This document shows positions 54,306 through 61,754 of a stretch of DNA of 64,000 bases, in pieces. The notes under the pieces were generated by a model. That model ran no database searches. It had not been told where the DNA came from and saw only the letters and a program-made list of their open reading frames with translations. The position numbers were made by a program, and so were the translations under genes. The stretch comes from a virus: positions 64,001 through 128,000 of the IMG/VR virus record IMGVR_UViG_3300045988_137032; one strand, 5' to 3'. Every line of letters begins with the position of its first letter. The first letter of the stretch is position 1.

Positions 54306-55163
54306 ATGACTTATGAAAGCATTGAAATTATAAAAAAACCTGATGGTACTACAGAATCGCTTACCTTCAGTGAAGCACAGATGAGGTATGGCGATTTCCT
54401 TGAGAAAGGATACCATGAACTTTCGGAACGATTTGAGCCGTGCTTAGTCCATTTCAAAGCAATGAATGCCATTGGCAAAAATGGTTATGAGTTACAAAAG
54501 CTTTTGGCTACAAAGAGGTGTACTCTCATTGATAGCTTCGAAAAAGTGAATCTTACGTTCGGCGAAGCTCAAGAAAAATATGGATTCGATCTTGAGTTTC
54601 TTCCTAGCTATGCAAAAGATGTATGGAAAGACATCTTAGAGAAGTATAACTATCTTACTGGAAAAAAGAAAGATATTGATATCACTACAGTAGATATGAA
54701 GAATGTAAATGAAACTACTGAGACCAGTGATACCAAAATTACTTTTCCCAGTATTTATGTCATCACTTGTACACGTGTACAGATTCCTGACTATACGTAC
54801 GACAATCCTGACGTCTGTGTCAATAATCCAAATATGGAATTTATCTCCACAGAAATCTATGAGGGAAAATACTATACGTCTTCTCGTGAAGCATTAAAAG
54901 CATTGAATTACTCTTATGAACTGGATCTTGATCTTCAGAAGCGTAGGCCGAATTTCTTCCATGTAAGCAAACTCAATACGCACAACTACGTATATTCTGA
55001 AGTTAGTAAATCGCTTAATGGTAGAGATTACTATATCTATTCCATTTCCCAGCTTTCTAAGGAAGGAACTGCTCTTGACATTCAGCATATCTTTGATGAT
55101 ATTGAAGATACGATGTTTAAAGTGAGTGGTCATAAATATAGCAAGAAGGAGTTGTATGAATAA
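54306..55163 (+). CDS. protein with two SFxEAQxKYG modules plus a C-terminal MKVYAI-type module
   Basis: RBS TAAGGAGG before ATG 54306; LTFSEAQMRYGDFLEKG and LTFGEAQEKYGFDLEFLPSY; IYVITCTRV...YYTSSREALKAL. Confidence 0.8.
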   Translation: MTYESIEIIKKPDGTTESLTFSEAQMRYGDFLEKGYHELSERFEPCLVHFKAMNAIGKNGYELQKLLATKRCTLIDSFEKVNLTFGEAQEKYGFDLEFLPSYAKDVWKDILEKYNYLTGKKKDIDITTVDMKNVNETTETSDTKITFPSIYVITCTRVQIPDYTYDNPDVCVNNPNMEFISTEIYEGKYYTSSREALKALNYSYELDLDLQKRRPNFFHVSKLNTHNYVYSEVSKSLNGRDYYIYSISQLSKEGTALDIQHIFDDIEDTMFKVSGHKYSKKELYE

Positions 55164-55690
55164 TGGCAGTTATAGTTACCGATGATAATGGAAAATCCCG
55201 TAGTGTAGATATCTCTTTTGAGGAAGCCCAAAGAGTATTTGGACCTATGCTTGGTGATGCACCGGAATTTCTCAAAGCAAAATATGCTAGTCGAATTAAA
55301 GCTGTTCGGGATTGCTTATGTGAATTGGCTACATCTAATTCAAATAAAGAAACCTGTGGAGATAAAATGAAAACTATGTACATTATTAGCAAAGCAAACG
55401 TAACCGTTGATAATACAGGATGTATCCGTAATATTATATCTAGCATCCATGGTGATGCTTATAACACTATCGAATATGCTGCTGATGAAATTATAAAGCT
55501 AAGTAAGCATTATAGCACCATTAGCAGTGAGCTTGGTCTTAATCTTCAGATTTCTATGAGTACTGATGAAGAGACTGGCGAGAGATGTCTAACCGTTTCT
55601 CATGTATCGTATACTCCCCAAGGAAATGGAGATAAGATGTTTGAATGCGAAACGATGGTTGTCTTTAAGATCTGCGAGGTTACTGTATAA
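55163..55690 (+). CDS. protein with one SFxEAQ module plus a C-terminal MKVYAI-type module
   Basis: TAATG overlap; ISFEEAQRVFGPMLGDAPEF; MYIISKANV...AYNTIEYAADEIIKL. Confidence 0.8.
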   Translation: MAVIVTDDNGKSRSVDISFEEAQRVFGPMLGDAPEFLKAKYASRIKAVRDCLCELATSNSNKETCGDKMKTMYIISKANVTVDNTGCIRNIISSIHGDAYNTIEYAADEIIKLSKHYSTISSELGLNLQISMSTDEETGERCLTVSHVSYTPQGNGDKMFECETMVVFKICEVTV

Positions 55691-55965
55691 TGGATGAATG
55701 GTATCTCGAAAAATACACCATGCAGATGAAAGACTCCATTTGCATTTCCATACTGGCGCAAGCTATTATGAGTAGTTGGAATGGAATGGGTGCTGCTGCA
55801 TATGATGATGAAGCTACACGTAAAAAGCTGTCAAGAGCTATGGACATTGCAAAAGATGTCTATGATAAGAAACTGAGGACTTATCAAAAAGACAGTGATG
55901 GAAACTATATAGATAGTAATGGAGATCACAAAAATAAACCCGGAGTGTCTGTGACATTCAAATGA
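55690..55965 (+). CDS. hypothetical small protein
   Basis: TAATG overlap; 91 aa. Confidence 0.7.
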   Translation: MDEWYLEKYTMQMKDSICISILAQAIMSSWNGMGAAAYDDEATRKKLSRAMDIAKDVYDKKLRTYQKDSDGNYIDSNGDHKNKPGVSVTFK

Positions 55966-55970
55966 TAAAA

Positions 55971-56018
55971 ATCACCTAGATACGTTGAATATGCGTATCT
56001 AGGTGATATTATTTTTTT
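55971..56018 (+). terminator. intrinsic terminator
   Basis: 14-bp stem ATCACCTAGATACG / CGTATCTAGGTGAT plus T-run. Confidence 0.8.
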
Positions 56019-56048
56019 CATAAAGCATTTATAGATTTCAATTACATC

Positions 56049-56090
56049 TCAAAAAACCTAACAAATGCTATGCATTTGTTAGTTAAATAG
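56049..56090 (+). repeat. 42-nt cassette leader repeat, copy 1 (contains the 11-3-11 palindrome at 56058-56082)
   Basis: TCAAAAAACCTAACAAATGCTATGCATTTGTTAGTTAAATAG, identical in all three copies; palindrome CTAACAAATGC tat GCATTTGTTAG. Confidence 0.9.
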
Positions 56091-56122
56091 TTGACAAATG
56101 AATGCTAGAAAGAGGTGAGACT

Positions 56123-56443
56123 ATGAATGTACCTATAACACTAGCAAACGGAAATACCGTTGAACTTAATAACATCACTGAATCTGGTAATGGGTATATC
56201 AGATTCAGTGATGGTACCCAGATATGTTATGCTGTATATCAGCATAATAATGAATTATCAACGTATGTATCATTCCCAAGATCATATGCTAAACATATTC
56301 ATGTCATAGCAACACCAATAGATTATAATGATGGAGCTGAAACTATAGTTAATATAGGCCATATAGATCAATATGGGTTTTTATCATATTCGAATTCTAA
56401 TAGTGCAATCATTAACTATATTGCTATAGGTCGTTGGAAATAG
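56123..56443 (+). CDS. stand-alone tail-fibre knob-like domain protein, cassette 1
   Basis: RBS AGAGGTGAG. MNVPITLANGNTVELNNITESGNGYIRFSDGTQICY...VSFPRSYAKHIHVIATP...NYIAIGRWK resembles the gp53-like C-terminal knob pattern (G..IQWG...V.FP..F....V...IAIG). Confidence 0.75.
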   Translation: MNVPITLANGNTVELNNITESGNGYIRFSDGTQICYAVYQHNNELSTYVSFPRSYAKHIHVIATPIDYNDGAETIVNIGHIDQYGFLSYSNSNSAIINYIAIGRWK

Positions 56444-56453
56444 CCTCTTTATA

Positions 56454-56491
56454 AATGACAGTGTAGATTTTTTAGTCTACACTGTCATTTT
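56454..56491 (+). terminator. hairpin after cassette 1
   Basis: 14-bp stem AATGACAGTGTAGA / TCTACACTGTCATT. Confidence 0.65.
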
Positions 56492-56518
56492 AGCACTTGT
56501 ATAGTTTTCAATTGTATC

Positions 56519-56560
56519 TCAAAAAACCTAACAAATGCTATGCATTTGTTAGTTAAATAG
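56519..56560 (+). repeat. 42-nt cassette leader repeat, copy 2
   Basis: identical 42-mer; flanks also similar (tagttttcaattgtatc vs tagatttcaattacatc). Confidence 0.9.
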
Positions 56561-56599
56561 ATGTAATTGGTTGACAAATGCAAGAAAGGAAGTGGTAAA

Positions 56600-56986
56600 A
56601 TGAATGTACCGATGTCATTATCCAGCGGTAAATCCATTGAATTAAACAACATCACTGAATCTGGTACTGGGTATATCAGATTCAGTGATGGTACACAAAT
56701 TTGCTATGGAATATGTAATGCGTTGAATGAATCAGGAATAAAATCAGATAGAGTTGCTGGTAAGTTTACATATCCAAAGTCTTTTATTAGTACGCCTGTA
56801 TGTAGCGTCATTAGACAATATGACAACTATAGTGAAAATATTGATAGTCTTAATAAAAATCTTACAATTGATCGAATCGTATCAAGCAGTTCAATTTGTT
56901 TATTTGATATTGTATGTACAACAGGCGAAATCGTTTTTCCTGATATAACATCTGCTAAATATATAGCAATCGGCCGTTGGAAATAA
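56600..56986 (+). CDS. stand-alone tail-fibre knob-like domain protein, cassette 2
   Basis: MNVPMSLSSGKSIELNNITESGTGYIRFSDGTQICYG...FTYPKSFISTPVCSVI...KYIAIGRWK. Confidence 0.75.
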   Translation: MNVPMSLSSGKSIELNNITESGTGYIRFSDGTQICYGICNALNESGIKSDRVAGKFTYPKSFISTPVCSVIRQYDNYSENIDSLNKNLTIDRIVSSSSICLFDIVCTTGEIVFPDITSAKYIAIGRWK

Positions 56987-56995
56987 CTTCCTTAG

Positions 56996-57030
56996 ATTGA
57001 CACTGTAGATGTGTGTTCTACAGTGTCAAT
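56996..57030 (+). terminator. hairpin after cassette 2
   Basis: 14-bp stem ATTGACACTGTAGA / TCTACAGTGTCAAT, no T-run. Confidence 0.5.
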
Positions 57031-57075
57031 TATCATCCATTTTCTATCGTAGCATCGTTAGATTTCAAAACTTTT

Positions 57076-57117
57076 TCAAAAAACCTAACAAATGCTATGC
57101 ATTTGTTAGTTAAATAG
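57076..57117 (+). repeat. 42-nt cassette leader repeat, copy 3
   Basis: identical 42-mer. Confidence 0.9.
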
Positions 57118-57144
57118 ATGATAAACGGTTAAAGGATGTTTATC

Positions 57145-57549
57145 ATGATTACTAATATGCAACTATCAGATGGATCATGGTACCAAATTGGTGATATAGA
57201 ATCAGTGCATTATGACGATGGTCAAACTGTTATTCGATATAAAAATGGAATCCAAATATCTATGGTCGGTTCTAATATAGTATTAGGTGATGCGAGTTGT
57301 CATAAGATTAATCTAGTACGTCCTTTTGTTGAAGATTCTTTTGTTACGTGTGTTGTATCAGCGAATAACTCAAAGGCTAGTGATGAAAGCAATATCGTTG
57401 AATCAACGGCACACTTAAATTCTTATCTACAGATAGGATCTGTTTCAACATGGAATTGTTTATATGTCTATCCTCAGTGGCTACCAAATGTTCCTACAAT
57501 AGATATTCAGGCCGGAATCCACGCAATTTTATTCGGCCGATGGAAATGA
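57145..57549 (+). CDS. stand-alone tail-fibre knob-like domain protein, cassette 3 (most diverged)
   Basis: RBS AAAGGA 8 nt before ATG 57145; MITNMQLSDGSWYQIGDIESV...GQTVIRYKNGIQISM...HAILFGRWK. Confidence 0.7.
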   Translation: MITNMQLSDGSWYQIGDIESVHYDDGQTVIRYKNGIQISMVGSNIVLGDASCHKINLVRPFVEDSFVTCVVSANNSKASDESNIVESTAHLNSYLQIGSVSTWNCLYVYPQWLPNVPTIDIQAGIHAILFGRWK

Positions 57550-57594
57550 GTGTACACTATAGAACTCTACGGGAAGAAATTCTATAATGCACAC
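57550..57594. terminator. imperfect hairpin between cassette 3 (+) and the tRNA (-)
   Basis: GTGTACACTATAGAA / TTCTATAATGCACAC (2 mismatches). Confidence 0.4.
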
Positions 57595-57599
57595 TCAAA

Positions 57600-57673
57600 T
57601 GCGCTCGGTGGAAGTCGAATCCACACTGAACGAAGCTTAAGTTCGTTGCCTCTGCCAATTGGGCTACCAGCGC
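57600..57673 (-). tRNA. tRNA, anticodon UAA (Leu by the code) with a short variable loop
   Basis: Minus strand reads GCGCTGG TA GCCC AATTGGCAG AGGC A ACGAA CTTAAGC TTCGT TCAGT GTGGA TTCGACT TCCAC CGAGCGC A. The T arm and anticodon arm are perfect, with a TTCGA T-loop, GG in the D-loop and A73. There is one G-G mismatch in the acceptor stem (6:67), a 3-bp D stem, and no encoded CCA. Confidence 0.7.
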
Positions 57674-57711
57674 GTATCTTTTAACTAACTAATAGTTTGT
57701 ATTATAATAAG

Positions 57712-57758
57712 AAAAAAGAAGGAACCTAATCGTTTTGAATTAGGTCCCTTCTTTTTTT
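57712..57758. terminator. bidirectional hairpin terminator ending the small-ORF array
   Basis: stem AAGAAGGAACCTAAT / ATTAGGTCCCTTCTT (1 mismatch) with T-runs on both strands. Confidence 0.75.
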
Positions 57759-58113
57759 AATCCCTATTGTATCCTGTAGACAGTTTCACTCTCACAAGGA
57801 AACTTTCTCCATCCATACCGCTGTCTTTTACATCCATTTCATATTTACATCCATCCACTAATGCATTCACAGCACCAATGAAAATGTCATCATCGAATGC
57901 AATCACGTTCATGACATATCGTTCCGGGTTTAACGAAACACAGCGTCTTTTGTCGAAGTGCAATACCTTTGCATATGCATCTAAGATGATATCTTCTTTC
58001 TTACCATCTTTCTCATATTCCAGTTCATAGTTTTCGTCAGTAATCTTTTTGAATATGATCTTATCATATCCATGGAAATTACTCTCTTCACGAAATACAA
58101 CGGGTTTTATCAT
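57757..58113 (-). CDS. small protein, last gene of the array
   Basis: RBS AAAGGAGAAAG before ATG 58113 (MIKPVVFREE...). Confidence 0.7.
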   Translation of the reverse strand: MIKPVVFREESNFHGYDKIIFKKITDENYELEYEKDGKKEDIILDAYAKVLHFDKRRCVSLNPERYVMNVIAFDDDIFIGAVNALVDGCKYEMDVKDSGMDGESFLVRVKLSTGYNRD

Positions 58114-58126
58114 GTAGCTTTCTCCT

Positions 58127-58678
58127 TTAATGAATATCAAAATCCTCCAATTTCTTGGAAGCAGGTAATACCGGATGAATGAACCATGCTTTCACAATTC
58201 TTCCCTGAGGATCACGAATATACGTAACCATGCAATTCTTTGCATAGAGCATAATCTGAGGAGACACACTATTCTTGCCAAGACCCAGTTGCTTAGCTTG
58301 CTGATTAGCCTGCTCAAGCACATAGCTAGTAGCAGACTCACAAGTATATTCATACATAGGGAGAATCTTGGGATACCGGTTACTATAAGCAACAACAGCC
58401 ATATCATTCTCCATATCATAGTCTACGCTGGTAACGATATATCCAACCAAGGGAATATCACAGGGGTCTTCACCATCCAGTTCACATTCAAGTGTATAGT
58501 CGTAATTGCGAATGTATTCGTCTTCATCTTGTACGCGTGTTTTGCAATGCAAGTCTGCTCTTTCTTTATTCCCAAAGAAGAATGGGAATACGGTATCAAC
58601 GCAATGATCCGGAGTCATGTTATATGCGTTCATAGAAGTATTCCGGATGCAATGGTTAATCACAACGTATGCTTTCAT
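58127..58678 (-). CDS. small protein, MKVYAI-type family
   Basis: RBS GGAGGAAA before ATG 58678; MKAYVVINHC...FGNKERADLHC. Confidence 0.75.
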   Translation of the reverse strand: MKAYVVINHCIRNTSMNAYNMTPDHCVDTVFPFFFGNKERADLHCKTRVQDEDEYIRNYDYTLECELDGEDPCDIPLVGYIVTSVDYDMENDMAVVAYSNRYPKILPMYEYTCESATSYVLEQANQQAKQLGLGKNSVSPQIMLYAKNCMVTYIRDPQGRIVKAWFIHPVLPASKKLEDFDIH

Positions 58679-58710
58679 AATAAGTTTCCTCCATGTGTTA
58701 TATAAGTTGA

Positions 58711-59184
58711 TTATCCCCAAATAACAGCGTTATTTGGAAGATGTACGTTTTGAGCTACCAATTGATATTGGGTTCCTTCACTTACCATTTTCACATAATG
58801 GTCTTTTACAGTATGCTCATCATTGAGCATTTCAAACCCCTCATAAATACGATGTTCTACTTCCTCTTTGATGTCATTGACAACGGCTTCCTCTGTAGGA
58901 TATGCGTAGCACTTTGCATAGAAAGGAGAGATGATGCAACTAGCACCTAAGTATCTTGTATCGTAAAGAATCTCAATCCAGATATTTCTAGTCCATCCAA
59001 TCAGGGTATCAGAGAAATTCTTCTCATTAAAGATATCTACCTTAATCGGACATACTTTCCATAATACGGAATTTGAAATGGAATGAGAAGCATATTGGAT
59101 AGCTTCCGCTTCTGTAGTAAAGGTCTTGTCATGCGCCCACATGAAATCACCATTTCTACATACGATGGCATATACAGTCAGCAT
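58711..59184 (-). CDS. small protein, MKVYAI-type family
   Basis: RBS AAAGGAGAT; MLTVYAIVCRNGDFMWAHDKTFTTEAEAIQYASHSI. Confidence 0.75.
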   Translation of the reverse strand: MLTVYAIVCRNGDFMWAHDKTFTTEAEAIQYASHSISNSVLWKVCPIKVDIFNEKNFSDTLIGWTRNIWIEILYDTRYLGASCIISPFYAKCYAYPTEEAVVNDIKEEVEHRIYEGFEMLNDEHTVKDHYVKMVSEGTQYQLVAQNVHLPNNAVIWG

Positions 59185-59199
59185 TTATCTGTATCTCCT

Positions 59200-59715
59200 T
59201 TATTCGATATATCCAATTTGATCGATATTAGCAACTCGGATGGGAATGATCTTACACCAGCACTTCTTAGTCCGAGTGGAATCAGAAAGTACCGCACTGG
59301 TATCGTATTTCTCAATGACAGTGTCAAGACACTCATCAATACGATATTTGGGGCGATACACAATATCACCAAGCAATGTCATAGCCATTGTCTTAGTAGG
59401 AATGATCTTAGAGCAGAAAAGAGAATGGACCGGATTCAACGGGCCTCCTTCTCTCACATTGAAGTTTGTCTTAAAGACGATGACGTAAACAAAGTCGCTC
59501 CAAGGGATATCATTGAAAAGTTTAATCTCCTTTTCATAGCATGCATACTCAATGGTAGTATGATTCATATCAAGATCCGTCTGCTTTGTAAGCCATGTAT
59601 TATATTGCGCGATAGCTTCATCAGAAGATTTGTAGGTTTGTGTAAAACCACTAGGGCTATGATGATCGGGATTGTCATCCTTCACAATGTCAAGTAATAG
59701 AAGATAGACTTTCAT
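59200..59715 (-). CDS. small protein, MKVYAI-type family
   Basis: RBS TAGGAGGAAG; MKVYLLLLDIV...TYKSSDEAIAQYNTWL. Confidence 0.75.
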   Translation of the reverse strand: MKVYLLLLDIVKDDNPDHHSPSGFTQTYKSSDEAIAQYNTWLTKQTDLDMNHTTIEYACYEKEIKLFNDIPWSDFVYVIVFKTNFNVREGGPLNPVHSLFCSKIIPTKTMAMTLLGDIVYRPKYRIDECLDTVIEKYDTSAVLSDSTRTKKCWCKIIPIRVANIDQIGYIE

Positions 59716-59736
59716 AATACTTCCTCCTAGAGTTAT

Positions 59737-60012
59737 TTAAGATGCAATATATTCCACACAAATGTGCTCAAACGTATTGTTGCCTATGAAGTTATCGTAC
59801 TCCAGAGCAAGATCATTGATACGGTGAATATTATTCGCATCACTATCTTTCATGAGTACTTTCTCATCAAAGATAGATTGAATCACAGCTTCTTTTCTTG
59901 TATAATGCTGGCAAAAGTTTGTAGTAATGGTCTTAAGATTCCCATTACTATCTTTGAAAGATACCAGCTTCCTACAGAAATATTTCCTTCTCTTACTGGC
60001 TTTGAAAAACAT
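59737..60012 (-). CDS. small protein of the array
   Basis: RBS AAGGAGAAT; ...QHYTRKEAVIQSI. Confidence 0.7.
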   Translation of the reverse strand: MFFKASKRRKYFCRKLVSFKDSNGNLKTITTNFCQHYTRKEAVIQSIFDEKVLMKDSDANNIHRINDLALEYDNFIGNNTFEHICVEYIAS

Positions 60013-60026
60013 CTATCGCATTCTCC

Positions 60027-60323
60027 TTAATAATAGTAAATTTCGGTAGACTCAATGTGGTATTTATTCATACCCTTCTTTCCATCAACGTCATAGCTGA
60101 CAGTAAGAGTATTATCATCAGGACGATCGATGTCAAGCTTCATATCATGATACCCACGGAAAGTTTCTTCCAGAGAATCAAGATAATCAACTGCGTCATC
60201 CTTATTGTAATATCCATGAAGTACTTTACTGGGAACACAAACTACTTCATTCCCAGAAGTAGTATCATAGATATCGTACATGATAAGGTTGACGTTAATG
60301 GTTTTTACTTCAGGATTTTCCAT
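60027..60323 (-). CDS. small protein, MKVYAI-type family (diverged)
   Basis: RBS AAGGAGAT; LIMYDIYD...GYYNKDDAVDYLDSL. Confidence 0.7.
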   Translation of the reverse strand: MENPEVKTINVNLIMYDIYDTTSGNEVVCVPSKVLHGYYNKDDAVDYLDSLEETFRGYHDMKLDIDRPDDNTLTVSYDVDGKKGMNKYHIESTEIYYY

Positions 60324-60337
60324 AAATACAAATCTCC

Positions 60338-60619
60338 TTATACATATCCTTCGTCTTCTACACGAACTTTTTCAATTTGCACGGTATGGACTTCTTGAAT
60401 TACTTTAGATTCTGCTCCAGGAATCATATCGCATGCTGTGATACGTTTCGTATAAGTGAGGCCCATTCCATCCGGATGCATCATAGCGGTTAAATTATTC
60501 TTTGAAAACTTCTCCAACCACTTTTGTGCATTCAGCAAACGATAGAATGCGGAATTTACTTTTACTTCAATTCCGTATCCATATTCTTCTCGGTCGATGG
60601 TTTCAAGTATTACGTACAT
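60338..60619 (-). CDS. small protein, MKVYAI-type family
   Basis: RBS AAGGAGGA before ATG 60619; MYVILETIDREEYGYGIEVKVNSAFYRLLNAQKWLEKF. Confidence 0.7.
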   Translation of the reverse strand: MYVILETIDREEYGYGIEVKVNSAFYRLLNAQKWLEKFSKNNLTAMMHPDGMGLTYTKRITACDMIPGAESKVIQEVHTVQIEKVRVEDEGYV

Positions 60620-60645
60620 AAACAATCCTCCTTGTGTTAATATAA

Positions 60646-61143
60646 TCAATAAAGGTTCATACCTTTTATCAATTCAAAGTTAAAGCAATAATACGTATCA
60701 TCTCTTGACGTATATGCTTTAATCGTACGAGGAACCCCATAGGTTGCAACTACTTCAGGAGAAGCAAGATCAGCATTCTTATTGATCTTAAGAACGATAT
60801 GACCTTTTGTATTCATCAAAGAAACCATATTAGGAATTTTGATCATCATTCCTGCTTTATAATAAGTGACCTTATGAGATGGATCATATCCAGTGGATTT
60901 TCGGCGGAATGTAACGGTAGCAATCTCATTATCGGGAGCCACTTCTACATTCGTTTCGCCATTGTAATTGCGTTTGAAGTATTTATCTTCACAATCACAA
61001 ATCAGTTTATTCCATGTGATATTTCTTGCAGTAGGTTTCATATACAGCTTAGACTGATACAAAGAGAATTTAGGTGCATAAGAACCATCATAGGATTCTT
61101 TCTTTTGAAGAATGGCAAATACTGCCATTTCTGTTTCAAACAT
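60646..61143 (-). CDS. small protein of the array
   Basis: TAATG overlap with the upstream gene; 165 aa. Confidence 0.7.
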   Translation of the reverse strand: MFETEMAVFAILQKKESYDGSYAPKFSLYQSKLYMKPTARNITWNKLICDCEDKYFKRNYNGETNVEVAPDNEIATVTFRRKSTGYDPSHKVTYYKAGMMIKIPNMVSLMNTKGHIVLKINKNADLASPEVVATYGVPRTIKAYTSRDDTYYCFNFELIKGMNLY

Positions 61144-61415
61144 TATTCGTCCTCCTCAACAAGAGTTTCCTTCTTTACCATCACGCGGATATCAACCGTT
61201 TTATCCGGATATTCAAAAGTTTGATGCAATATGCGATTGAGAAGTTTATTCAATGTGATGAAAGGAGATTCACATCCATTCGCATAATACTCCACAAGTC
61301 TATCATGTGCCAGTTTAATGGAAGCATATTTCTTTCCTTCAGTATACATAATGACATGATCTTTTGAAGTATCTTTAATATAAACATGAATCTCATAGAT
61401 AGGTATTTCTTTCAT
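61143..61415 (-). CDS. small protein of the array
   Basis: RBS GAAGGAGAG in the end of the upstream gene; 90 aa. Confidence 0.7.
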   Translation of the reverse strand: MKEIPIYEIHVYIKDTSKDHVIMYTEGKKYASIKLAHDRLVEYYANGCESPFITLNKLLNRILHQTFEYPDKTVDIRVMVKKETLVEEDE

Positions 61416-61420
61416 AGAGT

Positions 61421-61711
61421 CTACTCTCCTTCATCAAATTCACATTCCTGAATTTGTGCTACTATGAGTATACAACCATACTTCTTGATATCACTGTAAT
61501 TGTAATAAGAAGCATAGCAAAACACGGTACCGTCATCTTCATTGACTTCAAATGGCGTATGCTTGAAAAGACTATGAACGGAATCACCATCTTTATTAAA
61601 GTCATCTTTAATGCGATAAAGAGCTTTAATTGCTTTCTCTCTATTCTTAAAGACTTTCTTTAAGATAGATGACGAATGGTTATTCGTAACCATAATGACA
61701 TAGGCTTTCAT
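61421..61711 (-). CDS. small protein, MKVYAI-type family
   Basis: RBS AAAGGAGG; MKAYVIMVTNNHSSSILKKVFKNREKAIKALYRI. Confidence 0.75.
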   Translation of the reverse strand: MKAYVIMVTNNHSSSILKKVFKNREKAIKALYRIKDDFNKDGDSVHSLFKHTPFEVNEDDGTVFCYASYYNYSDIKKYGCILIVAQIQECEFDEGE

Positions 61712-61742
61712 CTATTTAATACCTCCTTTAATGATCTATAAG

Positions 61743-61752
61743 TATAATATAT
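61743..61752 (-). promoter_or_regulatory. candidate class A promoter core ATATATTATA, internal to the array and embedded in a hairpin
   Basis: minus strand reads ttaatgATATATTATActtatag; flanked by the inverted repeat CCTTTAATGAT / ATCATTAAAGG (61727-61761). Confidence 0.4.
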
Positions 61753-61754
61753 CA

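Noticed and set aside
56091-56576. TTGACA hexamers (56091-56096, 56571-56576) just after the cassette palindromes, read as sigma-70 -35 boxes.
   Set aside because: No TATAAT-like -10 lies at 16-18 nt spacing in either copy, and the hexamer is missing in cassette 3. They are probably just part of the duplicated leader.
56049-57117. The three identical 42-nt repeats read as a CRISPR array.
   Set aside because: There are only three copies, spaced about 430-515 nt apart. The spacers are RBS-preceded, mutually homologous ORFs with terminators. The repeat is a leader or operator of duplicated gene cassettes.
57600-57673. Reading the tRNA as an ochre suppressor (anticodon UUA), which would imply stop-codon recoding.
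   Set aside because: Indexing the 7-nt loop C32-U33-U34-A35-A36-G37-C38 gives anticodon 5'-UAA-3', which decodes UUA/UUG (Leu) rather than the UAA stop.
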